Shown: piece after piece, positions 39,011-46,839 of the stretch
How positions within the stretch are numbered: the stretch's first letter is position 1
Layout of the letters: every line of letters begins with the position of its first letter
IMG/VR virus record: IMGVR_UViG_3300037245_000806
Location: 64,001 to 128,000 of that record
Reading direction: 5' to 3' (one strand)
Length of the DNA: 64,000 nucleotides
From: a virus
Made by a program: the position numbers and the translations under genes
Notes under the pieces: generated by a model
What the model saw: only the letters and a program-made list of their open reading frames with translations
Databases searched by the model: none
What the model was told of the DNA's origin: nothing

Positions 39011-39492
39011 GCGTGCATCCTACTTCGCAGGCTGCTGCTGCTGCGAGTCTTGCCGTTGGCGGGCTTCTTGTCCGGTGCCGGGGCATCGTGCATCAGCGCT
39101 GCAATGCTCGTGCGTACCGGGGCGTCCTCCTCGTGGAGCAACTCATCGATCTCCACGCTGGCATGCACGAGCGCCTCAGGCATGCACTCGTCCACCTGCA
39201 CAGAAGGCTCAGCCGCCTTCGCCTCATTGGCCTCCTTGATCGCTGCCATCACGGCCTCCCGCTGCTCGTCGGCGTCAGCAACGTCTTCGTCGGTCGGCAT
39301 GAATAGCTGCCCGTCAATCCACACGCACCCCTCGGGGCTTTCCTCCCACAGGTCGAGGAGCCATCGCGTGGCGTACCAGCGATTCTTCGTCTCGCCCATG
39401 CTGAGGGTACCATGCTCTATGGCGTCCTCAGGTTTACCGGTGCGCGAGAAGCTCAGGCGCGGCTGATTGTCGAAGTCGTGTTCGTAGTACAA
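39007..39492 (-). CDS. hypothetical acidic protein
   Basis: GAGGGG RBS region directly after the tmk stop. Confidence 0.6.
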   Translation of the reverse strand: MYYEHDFDNQPRLSFSRTGKPEDAIEHGTLSMGETKNRWYATRWLLDLWEESPEGCVWIDGQLFMPTDEDVADADEQREAVMAAIKEANEAKAAEPSVQVDECMPEALVHASVEIDELLHEEDAPVRTSIAALMHDAPAPDKKPANGKTRSSSSLRSRMHA

Positions 39493-39494
39493 TG

Positions 39495-40124
39495 CTAGAT
39501 TCCCCTCGCTATCCGTGCATCGACCGCTGCGACTATGTGCTCTGCAAGCGTCTCGGCACAGAAAACTTCAGCGTCCAACGCGGTGAGGTACGTGGGCACG
39601 AGTTCCGTGTACGCTTCGCGGAGCTTCTGCTGGAAGGGCAGACCCTGCATCTCGAAACGATCCTTGAACCCCTCCCCGGACATGTTTGCCGAGCGGCGCA
39701 TCGCCACCTTGGGTGACACGTCGAGGAGGAAGCTGAGTTCCTTCTCGGTACGAAAATCAGACACGCGCGCGTTCGTCGTGACAATGAGGTCGGAGGGCAC
39801 ACCCTCTATGGATTGGTAGGCATAGGTGCTCATCCACCAGCGGTCAAGTATCACGATCCTCCCCGCCTTGAGCGAGTCGAGAAGATGCTCATGGATAAGC
39901 TGGACCCGAGCGGCGGTGAACATAAGCATCTGCGTCATGGGGCAGAGGTGTACCTCGGGGCGCTTGAGCATGCTCCGTAGTTCCTCCCCGATGGCCGTCG
40001 AACCGGGGTCGCGGTATGCGTCAACCGCATAGCCCTTGTCAGCGAGCATCTCGGTCAGGAGCACCATCACTGACGACTTGCCCGAACCGTTGAGACCCTC
40101 AAGCACAATCACTGGCATCGACAT
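39495..40124 (-). CDS. tmk: thymidylate kinase
   Basis: IVLEGLNGSGKSS P-loop, RDPG, LMFTAAR.Q, DRW..ST.AYQ, DRFE. Confidence 0.92.
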   Translation of the reverse strand: MSMPVIVLEGLNGSGKSSVMVLLTEMLADKGYAVDAYRDPGSTAIGEELRSMLKRPEVHLCPMTQMLMFTAARVQLIHEHLLDSLKAGRIVILDRWWMSTYAYQSIEGVPSDLIVTTNARVSDFRTEKELSFLLDVSPKVAMRRSANMSGEGFKDRFEMQGLPFQQKLREAYTELVPTYLTALDAEVFCAETLAEHIVAAVDARIARGI

Positions 40125-40836
40125 CACAACTTCCTTCCGGTGGTAGTTCAGGCATGCTCTTCCACATGCGGCGACGGTCAACAATCGCAATAGCCATCGT
40201 AACGAGCCCGGTCAGCAAACCTAGCCCCGCGACCACAACCACTGAACACGCCAAGAGCCGCGTGCTTAGGAAGCGTGGTATCTGCAAGGCAAGGCCACTG
40301 GCTATGATGAGTGCGAGGGGGCGGTTGGTCCTGCTGCGTATCGCTTCAAGGAGTTCCATGCGCTTGTGGCAAATCGCGATTACATCCTCGTGCGCCGAGT
40401 CCTGCTTCTTTCGTAACACAGTGTCAACCTCCCGCCGATGATTACGGCGTGCCCGATGCACAGCAAGGCGACCGCGTAGTGCCTTCAACTCCTTCTCATG
40501 TGCCTCGGGAGACTTGGCCCGGCGAGCATCGTCAGCTGCGTCCAACTCACCCGACACAAAAGATATGTGGCAACTCAGACCGAAGTAATGCTCACGCTCA
40601 ACAAGAGACGCCGGGATAGCGCCAGCAAACAACGCGTCCTCAACACCGTCAGCGTCAAGCAGCATGTACCGTGCGCGACCATTTACGGTCATGGTTGTCG
40701 GGTCAAAGTCCATGATACGCGCGATACGCTTCATGTACTCCGCGTCACCAAACAGGAAGTTATTGTGTAAGTACGGGCCATCAGACCGCCCCAGATACTT
40801 CCGTTGCTTGGCCACCGTAGTCACCCTCTCAGCCAA
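40099..40836 (-). CDS. hypothetical protein with two C-terminal TM helices
   Basis: ORF with hydrophobic C-terminus; start uncertain. Confidence 0.55.
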   Translation of the reverse strand: MAERVTTVAKQRKYLGRSDGPYLHNNFLFGDAEYMKRIARIMDFDPTTMTVNGRARYMLLDADGVEDALFAGAIPASLVEREHYFGLSCHISFVSGELDAADDARRAKSPEAHEKELKALRGRLAVHRARRNHRREVDTVLRKKQDSAHEDVIAICHKRMELLEAIRSRTNRPLALIIASGLALQIPRFLSTRLLACSVVVVAGLGLLTGLVTMAIAIVDRRRMWKSMPELPPEGSCDVDASDCA

Positions 40837-40848
40837 CCCGAATGAAGA

Positions 40849-40969
40849 TGCCGGGCAGAGGGATTGAACCCCCCACGTACCGCCTTAGCTTTGCTCAACA
40901 ATACGCCCTGCCCTTAAAGCCCTTGAGCTTCTTGCGCGCCGTCCACTGTCGGGCTCCGACAAACCCGGC
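40849..40969 (-). ncRNA. tRNA-like RNA (121 nt; atypical, intron-containing or pseudo-tRNA)
   Basis: Acceptor stem GCCGGGT/GCCCGGC + discriminator A; T-arm GGGGG-TTCAATC-CCTCT; oversized interior with no clean anticodon arm. Confidence 0.55.
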
Positions 40970-41118
40970 CCCACTTACAGCTGGTACAACAAACGGAATA
41001 GGGTGAGAGCGACGGTGCTCCACAGGAGGGCTAGTCGATGCAAGCGTCACTCTCGACTCCCATTCGTGGGCCGCGATGTCCCACGGACTACGCCCCCACC
41101 CCTGCCGTGAGTCCCGAC

Positions 41119-42003
41119 CTAGCAGCGGAAGTCCGACCGCACGAGTTGCTCCTGCCTCGCCTCGCGCTTCAACGCGTAGGCACCTTCAGACTTCTGCACC
41201 TTGGCGTTGCACTCGTCGATCTTCTCGGCGAGGTCACTGAAGACTGAAGGCCACCGCTCAGCGAAGACGCGGAGCACGTTCTGCGCGATGCCCCTGATCT
41301 CCCACTGCGCGCGCGGGTTCAGGCCCCGGTGCTCGAAGATGTGCCGCCACGTGTGGAAATTGAAGGTAGCGGCGACCTCTGTCTTCGTCTCGTTGGGGAG
41401 CTTGAAGCGGGCGTCCTCTGCCTTGAAGCCCGCCTTGTCGCGCCACCACAGGTACTTCAGGTACGCATCGCGACAGTCGGAGAGCCACTGGAACTTGAGA
41501 AGCTCCTGCGTGGGTGTGGTGTTGAGCGCGTATATCGACTCACCACTCTCATGGGACCACCTCGGTGAGCCCTCACAAGCGCCGTGCTCGATGGCACCGA
41601 ACTCCCACCGTCCGGTCGCGAGCGGCATCGGCTGCGCGGGCACCACGGCAAAGCCCTTCTTGCCGTAGTCACAGTACCTCTGGGACTCCTGCGAGTACGC
41701 AGCAATCCGGTGCCTGACGAGTTGATGCGACATCGCACGCGAACCCGTCCAGACGACCGACGCCGTGGCATGCTCGATCATGGAGGTATGCCCCATGTCA
41801 CGGCAGAAGCGCGCGACGAAGTCGGGTGCCGAGCCGGGTGCAATCTTGTGCTCCGACTTATAGCAGCGCCGCCCGGCGTTCTCGATAAGCTCGACCAGCC
41901 CGCTCGTCCAGCCATCCGGCGTGAGCACCTCAAACGTCGGCGCGTGTACCGTCAGCACATCACCCTTCTTGGGCTCCATCACTGCGTCTTGTTTCTCGTC
42001 CAC
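41119..42003 (-). CDS. thyX: flavin-dependent thymidylate synthase
   Basis: GHTSMIEH, SRAMSHQLVRHR-x7-SQRY signature, EDAR..LP, AQWEIR. Confidence 0.95.
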   Translation of the reverse strand: MDEKQDAVMEPKKGDVLTVHAPTFEVLTPDGWTSGLVELIENAGRRCYKSEHKIAPGSAPDFVARFCRDMGHTSMIEHATASVVWTGSRAMSHQLVRHRIAAYSQESQRYCDYGKKGFAVVPAQPMPLATGRWEFGAIEHGACEGSPRWSHESGESIYALNTTPTQELLKFQWLSDCRDAYLKYLWWRDKAGFKAEDARFKLPNETKTEVAATFNFHTWRHIFEHRGLNPRAQWEIRGIAQNVLRVFAERWPSVFSDLAEKIDECNAKVQKSEGAYALKREARQEQLVRSDFRC

Positions 42004-42025
42004 GGCTATCTCCTCCCGTGTAGTC

Positions 42026-42223
42026 CTATGACCTCTTTAGGTCGATACCCACTGCGCCATCCAGCACGTCACTTACGTCACCACCCTCCGCACCAACGGA
42101 AAGCTTCCCATCCTTTATCGCGGCGGCGAGCACGACAGAGCCCTTGGGGTGGCACGCAAACACGGTGTGTATACCCTCGAAGATCAGCTTCTTGCCGTTC
42201 TCGTCGATCACTGTTACGACCAT
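42026..42223 (-). CDS. small hypothetical protein
   Basis: GGGAGG RBS. Confidence 0.55.
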   Translation of the reverse strand: MVVTVIDENGKKLIFEGIHTVFACHPKGSVVLAAAIKDGKLSVGAEGGDVSDVLDGAVGIDLKRS

Positions 42224-42242
42224 CACGGCCTCCCCCGTAGTC

Positions 42243-42857
42243 TTATATCGCCCCCGTCTTTCGCTCGACCTTGATGCGCGACTCAGCATCCGCGAGCAAC
42301 TCCTTGAAGTCAGCCCCATGCACCTGAAAATTCACATGCTTCATGGGCTTCTGGTATGGATCACGGATGCTGAACGAGGCGCTGATAGGCCCCGTGACCT
42401 CAAGGCTCCACATATCCGCGCGCTTGCCGTCGTAGATACGTTTGGCCTGTGACGTGATGTGAAGGTTCTCAACGTGGTGCTCACCGAGCACGTACAACTG
42501 CCCGACGAACGTTGCCTCAGACATCACACCAAACACCGTGCGCATGTCCTTGCCATCGCCGGGTGCCCGCGCGGGGAGGAACGCCAACTCCCCCTGAGCA
42601 AGCCGACGCGTAATAACAGCGAGTGCCTTGCCGTAGTTGTATGGCTTCTTGTCAATGAGGATGAGCGGCACGTTGTCATCTATCATGGTGTGCGCAGCCA
42701 TGACATCAACGGTACCGTCCTCACGCCATGTCTCGCACTGCGTGAGCGCCTGCTGAAGATCGCGGTTAAGGTACGGAACCTTGAGGAAGACGGCGAGCTT
42801 GGTCTTGAAGCCCTCGCACAGTTTGCAGCCCAGCTTGGAATACACGATGATCTCCAC
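42243..42857 (-). CDS. glutaredoxin-like domain fused to an unknown domain
   Basis: IIVYSKLGCKLC...VP.I.ID. Confidence 0.7.
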   Translation of the reverse strand: MEIIVYSKLGCKLCEGFKTKLAVFLKVPYLNRDLQQALTQCETWREDGTVDVMAAHTMIDDNVPLILIDKKPYNYGKALAVITRRLAQGELAFLPARAPGDGKDMRTVFGVMSEATFVGQLYVLGEHHVENLHITSQAKRIYDGKRADMWSLEVTGPISASFSIRDPYQKPMKHVNFQVHGADFKELLADAESRIKVERKTGAI

Positions 42858-42858
42858 G

Positions 42859-43179
42859 TCACTCGCCTTTCAGTTCTTCCGCAGTGCCCTCAGTAGTGTG
42901 CTTACATTTGGCCTCACTGACCGCTTCCTCAGCCGACTTCACCGCCGACGTGGGGTCGAACACGGCGACCAGCCGCCGGTAAGGGTTGTGCTTGTGGAAG
43001 AAGATACGCAGGAACCAGCACACAGGATTGAGCCAGCACTTCCAGAAGAGCCAGCATAGAATCTGCCCGCGCAACGGATACGTCCACGGCGCGAGCGCCA
43101 TGTCTGGCACGCCCTTATGTGGATCAGCCGGATCGTTCCGGTAAGCCCACACACCCTTTGACTCGTTCTGCTCAGGCAT
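42859..43179 (-). CDS. hypothetical protein
   Basis: Coupled ORF with aromatic-rich middle. Confidence 0.55.
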   Translation of the reverse strand: MPEQNESKGVWAYRNDPADPHKGVPDMALAPWTYPLRGQILCWLFWKCWLNPVCWFLRIFFHKHNPYRRLVAVFDPTSAVKSAEEAVSEAKCKHTTEGTAEELKGE

Positions 43180-43540
43180 CAGGGTCTCTCACGCTTTCAA
43201 TGTCATCGCCGTAGAGGTACACCTTCGCGCGCTCCAAGAGATCGCGGAAGTCGTTAATCCAGTCATTGCCGCACTGCTGGCAGAAGACGCTCGTAGTCGC
43301 GTGACGTCCCGCCCCTTTGGTAACTCGGAGGCGTTTACCGGTGGGGCGCTCCCCACACATCTCGCACAACTTCTTGTGCGCGGAGCGCACGTCCTGAATG
43401 TCAGCACGCATGGTGCCGAACCAAAGGCCCTTGTTCTGAATGCGCCGCTTCTTCTTGGGCTCTTCTTCTCGTGACACAGTGTTACGAACCTCTCGTCTAG
43501 GCACACTGGCAGGGGACCGGCTTTTAGACCGGCCCCCCAA
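43172..43540 (-). CDS. zinc-finger hypothetical protein
   Basis: CEMC...CQQC. Confidence 0.6.
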   Translation of the reverse strand: MGGRSKSRSPASVPRREVRNTVSREEEPKKKRRIQNKGLWFGTMRADIQDVRSAHKKLCEMCGERPTGKRLRVTKGAGRHATTSVFCQQCGNDWINDFRDLLERAKVYLYGDDIESVRDPDA

Positions 43541-43558
43541 CCTAAGCGCCCCCCAGCG

Positions 43559-44107
43559 CTAGAATCCAGCGTGTCTGTAACTCTTCTGAAGGAAACGGCG
43601 CATCGCGAAGCGGTACGCTTTCTTGCGCTGCGCGAAGTCCGGGTTGTCGATCTTGTCATCGCCGGTACCGTACTTGCGCTCGCGGTACGTCGCGTAAGCC
43701 TCCGGGTCAAGCACGCGGAGGAAGGTCACGGCGCGCTGTCGCCACATTTCGCCAGCAACCTGAAGCTTCGTCGGTGACTCGGGCGTGGTCGCGGTGTAGC
43801 TGAGGTCGAGGAACCGCGTGACGGCGTACAGGTACGCCAGCTTCCTCTGCTTGAGGTCAGGCTTCTCGACCGCGTCGTCGCCTTCACCGTACTTGCGCCT
43901 GCGGTACTCGGCGTAGCCTTCTTCGTCCTCTTCCTTGAGCACGGTCACCGCGAACTGACGCCAGTGCGTTGACTCCAAGTCAAGCTGCGTGATCGATGTC
44001 GGAACACCGTCCACGTCGATCTTCTTGATCTCTTTGGTCAACGCTGCCTTCATCATCTCGAACTTCTCCGAATTGTCCTGCGGCTGCCCTTGTTTGCCGT
44101 CACTCAT
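43559..44107 (-). CDS. helical protein with an internal tandem duplication
   Basis: Two ~57-aa repeats WRQ.AVT.L...D.E.YA.YR.RKYG.GDD....PD..QRK.AY..A..RFL..SY; AAGGAGG RBS. Confidence 0.75.
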   Translation of the reverse strand: MSDGKQGQPQDNSEKFEMMKAALTKEIKKIDVDGVPTSITQLDLESTHWRQFAVTVLKEEDEEGYAEYRRRKYGEGDDAVEKPDLKQRKLAYLYAVTRFLDLSYTATTPESPTKLQVAGEMWRQRAVTFLRVLDPEAYATYRERKYGTGDDKIDNPDFAQRKKAYRFAMRRFLQKSYRHAGF

Positions 44108-44288
44108 TTGCGGCCTCCTTTTCTGCGCGCTTTTGCGCGCTCTTACGACCACACTCTATGAGGTGCCCGAGCATACACCCCGGACGGGGGTGCAGGCACT
44201 CGGGGCCATCGCCAAGGTCTGCAACACCATACACGTTGCCACAACGCCTGCACTTTCTGCGCTTGGCCGGATCGATCAAAGTCCCCAT
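44100..44288 (-). CDS. small zinc-ribbon protein
   Basis: CRRC...C.H...C; GGGAGA RBS. Confidence 0.6.
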   Translation of the reverse strand: MGTLIDPAKRRKCRRCGNVYGVADLGDGPECLHPRPGCMLGHLIECGRKSAQKRAEKEAANE

Positions 44289-44362
44289 TGCCGATCTCCC
44301 TTTTCTGAGCGCTGTTGCGCTCCGGGTCCGACAGGCGGAATCCCCGCCCTTCACTGCAAAGA

Positions 44363-44412
44363 AGATTAGCGCATAGCACGGAAGATGTCAAGAGTTTTTC
44401 CGTGCTATACGC
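44363..44412 (-). promoter_or_regulatory. promoter TTGACA-17-TAATCT inside a 15-bp inverted repeat
   Basis: -35 44386-44391, -10 44363-44368; arms 44369-44383 and 44398-44412 (1 mismatch). Confidence 0.7.
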
Positions 44413-44421
44413 AAAAATTCC

Positions 44422-44721
44422 TCACTTATTTTCCTGCGGGTCTGTGGCCTCTGTGAGCGCATCCGCGCCGCCCTCAGGTGTCTTGGCCCGAATGACCGGG
44501 GCACCCGTAGTCTTGTCAATGCCCCCCACTGTCTGTGTGTCCTCCACAATCGGAGCCTTCACAGGATTCGGCTTCAACGGTTCGTCGCCATCTGCCACGA
44601 TGATCTCCTTCCATGCGTCCATGAGCGGAGTGAAGCACTCGCTGCACTCCGCGTACCCACCAGCACGAAACCGACCTTCACCGACACCAATGTCACGACC
44701 ACACTTCTCGCACGTGTCCAC
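44422..44721 (-). CDS. small zinc-finger hypothetical protein
   Basis: CEKC...CSEC. Confidence 0.55.
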   Translation of the reverse strand: MDTCEKCGRDIGVGEGRFRAGGYAECSECFTPLMDAWKEIIVADGDEPLKPNPVKAPIVEDTQTVGGIDKTTGAPVIRAKTPEGGADALTEATDPQENK

Positions 44722-44722
44722 G

Positions 44723-45415
44723 TTACCCGTCCATTGCCTCCTGTGCGTCGAATATCGGCGCACCACTGATCTTGGCTTCGGACCACGGCATATGCCGGAA
44801 CTCCGGGTGCGCCACAACATCGCAGACCTCTGCCGCAATGGCGTCCGCGTAGGCACGTTCCGGCTCCGCATAACAACTAGGCGACCATACGACAACGACC
44901 TCATTGCCGTTGTCCTGATCGAGGACAACGAGCACGTCTGCACTTGGCCCCGGCTCCTCTCTAAGCGGCGGGCTCTCCGACGTGTCCTCAGGCACCTCAG
45001 CGGTTGAACTCGTTGAGTATATACCGGGGCCGTACTTGTCGCCTTGGAATCCATACGCAGCGCTCCACACCTTCATGAGAAGATCATGATAGCGGCGCTG
45101 CTCCGGGGTGGTCGTCCCCCACGCGCTGTCAACCGCGCCCTTGAAGTTGTCGTAATCCTGCTCTTCTATAAGGGCGGTCATCACCTCTTGCCACACGGCC
45201 TTGGGCGCGATGATACGGAACCTGTAGTCGTTCCGCGTGCTCTCCTTGATGTCGTACTCCTTGAGCGCCGGGAAGCGGGCTTGAAGCTGCTCGATGTGCT
45301 CCAAGTCGCGCGCACGAATCATCATCGTACTCGGGTCAGGGGGATTGGCATGGCTGCCGTCGCCCTTGCGCGCACATACGACGCTGTAAAAACCATAGAC
45401 AGTGAATACCCACAT
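44723..45415 (-). CDS. conserved phage hypothetical protein
   Basis: MW.FT..GFYSVV...IRAR...DY.FR...DYDNFK pattern; AAGGAGG RBS; strong promoter upstream. Confidence 0.7.
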   Translation of the reverse strand: MWVFTVYGFYSVVCARKGDGSHANPPDPSTMMIRARDLEHIEQLQARFPALKEYDIKESTRNDYRFRIIAPKAVWQEVMTALIEEQDYDNFKGAVDSAWGTTTPEQRRYHDLLMKVWSAAYGFQGDKYGPGIYSTSSTAEVPEDTSESPPLREEPGPSADVLVVLDQDNGNEVVVVWSPSCYAEPERAYADAIAAEVCDVVAHPEFRHMPWSEAKISGAPIFDAQEAMDG

Positions 45416-45441
45416 TTCGCCACCTCCTTCTATGCCGGGGC

Positions 45442-45487
45442 ATATTAAGGGGGAAGCACGTGAATGTCAAGTTGTTTTTTCGCATGG
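45442..45487 (-). promoter_or_regulatory. promoter TTGACA-17-TAATAT with upstream CCATGCGAAAAAA box
   Basis: -35 45465-45470, -10 45442-45447, box 45475-45487. Confidence 0.75.
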
Positions 45488-45499
45488 CGCGAGAAATAT

Positions 45500-46366
45500 C
45501 TAGGCGTGACCTTGCTTCTTGATCGTGCGAAGTTTGCGCACGTAATGTTGACGTTGTGTCAAGGCCCCGAACGACATTGACTCCGCTTGCTCAGGGGACA
45601 CGCGCCGGATGAACAAATGGTCCCGGCAGTTGGTCAGGCAGATTGTCGCACCGCTCCGTGGCGTAGTAGGCAAGGTCAACTTGGTGTATGGGCTGTGCTC
45701 GAACATGTACCGACACGATGGACAGGTCACCTTGTCGTCTGGACCCTTCCACCATATGGCGACGTTAGCCGGAAGGGCAATCACGCGCGCGCTCTCGTAG
45801 AAACTATTCAGCGCACTGAGGTACATACCGACGCGGCGATTGAGAGGCATGACATACGTCTCGTTGACAACAGCGTTGATGAACCCATTGAGGAAACGCA
45901 TCTCATGCTGCACGGCACTCTTCAGCCACTTGTCGTCCCCGACGTCGAGCTTCACCATCACCTTGTTCTTGCCCGAGCCCTCACCCTTCGCACCACCCGC
46001 GCGAAGGCCTGCGAGGAAGACGTCCCGCCACGCCATACGCATGGTCTTCGTAACGTCTTTCCTGAACTCTTTCTCGTCAAGCTCACTTTTCTGGTATTTG
46101 CCAATAGCACGTTGTAGTGCAGCGCGTGTTCGCTTCGTGGCGACCTTGAACTTCCGAGCCCCGACTGTCTGCCCCTTCTTGCGCTCGTTGGCAAACGCCT
46201 TGGGGTCGGCGTCCTGCATACCCAATTGGTCACGCTTGAGGGCGAGGTCGGCGAGGGCTGCGGTACCTATGGCCTTGCCCTCGAAGACAAGACCCTGCTC
46301 TTCCATCTGTTCAGCTATGAGGAAGCTGGGCTCGTAGACGAAGAGGTCGTCGAACTCGGGCTTCAT
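45500..46366 (-). CDS. head morphogenesis protein (Mu gpF/SPP1 gp7-like)
   Basis: Two genes downstream of portal; W......TCPSC...SPY...LP..P.SG.T.C.TNCR C-terminal motif. Confidence 0.7.
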   Translation of the reverse strand: MKPEFDDLFVYEPSFLIAEQMEEQGLVFEGKAIGTAALADLALKRDQLGMQDADPKAFANERKKGQTVGARKFKVATKRTRAALQRAIGKYQKSELDEKEFRKDVTKTMRMAWRDVFLAGLRAGGAKGEGSGKNKVMVKLDVGDDKWLKSAVQHEMRFLNGFINAVVNETYVMPLNRRVGMYLSALNSFYESARVIALPANVAIWWKGPDDKVTCPSCRYMFEHSPYTKLTLPTTPRSGATICLTNCRDHLFIRRVSPEQAESMSFGALTQRQHYVRKLRTIKKQGHA

Positions 46367-46839
46367 GCTGACAGTATCCCCGTGGGTCGAGACTTAATGC
46401 CGAACTTCCGCGCCTGCGCGTCAATGTGCTGCCGGAATGAGTGCATCGCACTCGACGTCCGACTCGTATGGCTCTTGGCCTTGGAGCTACCATGGTTGGT
46501 GCGCCGGTACGTGTCGATCTCTTTATTGCGGTGCCTGCGATAAGGGCACGCGGCCCTGAGTTGATTCCTGAACGCGCGCGACCCGTTGAAGGACGGAAGG
46601 CAGTGCTTCTCCAAGCCCTTCTTACGTGGCGTGTAGCCATACGGGGCGAAGATTCCGAAGCCGGGGATGCGCACGATCTCGCCCCGCGTAACCTCGTCGG
46701 CGGTGTATTCGAGGAAATAGGCGACAAGGTTCGCAGCGAAATGGTCGCTCACGCCCATCTTCTGCGCACACTTCGTGATGGTGCGCTGTAGTGGCTCGCC
46801 CTGCTTCGTCGTCGGCATGAACGGTATGCGTACAATCAC
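46363..46839 (-). CDS. HU/IHF-like DNA-binding protein with basic C-terminal extension
   Basis: GEIVRIPGFGIF...P.F..SRAFR; coupled to the portal stop. Confidence 0.75.
   Translation of the reverse strand: MIVRIPFMPTTKQGEPLQRTITKCAQKMGVSDHFAANLVAYFLEYTADEVTRGEIVRIPGFGIFAPYGYTPRKKGLEKHCLPSFNGSRAFRNQLRAACPYRRHRNKEIDTYRRTNHGSSKAKSHTSRTSSAMHSFRQHIDAQARKFGIKSRPTGILSA

Noticed and set aside
40849-40969. Canonical tRNA-Leu(TAA) call
   Set aside because: The TTTAA is flanked by GGGC/GGGC, which cannot pair; no anticodon assigned.
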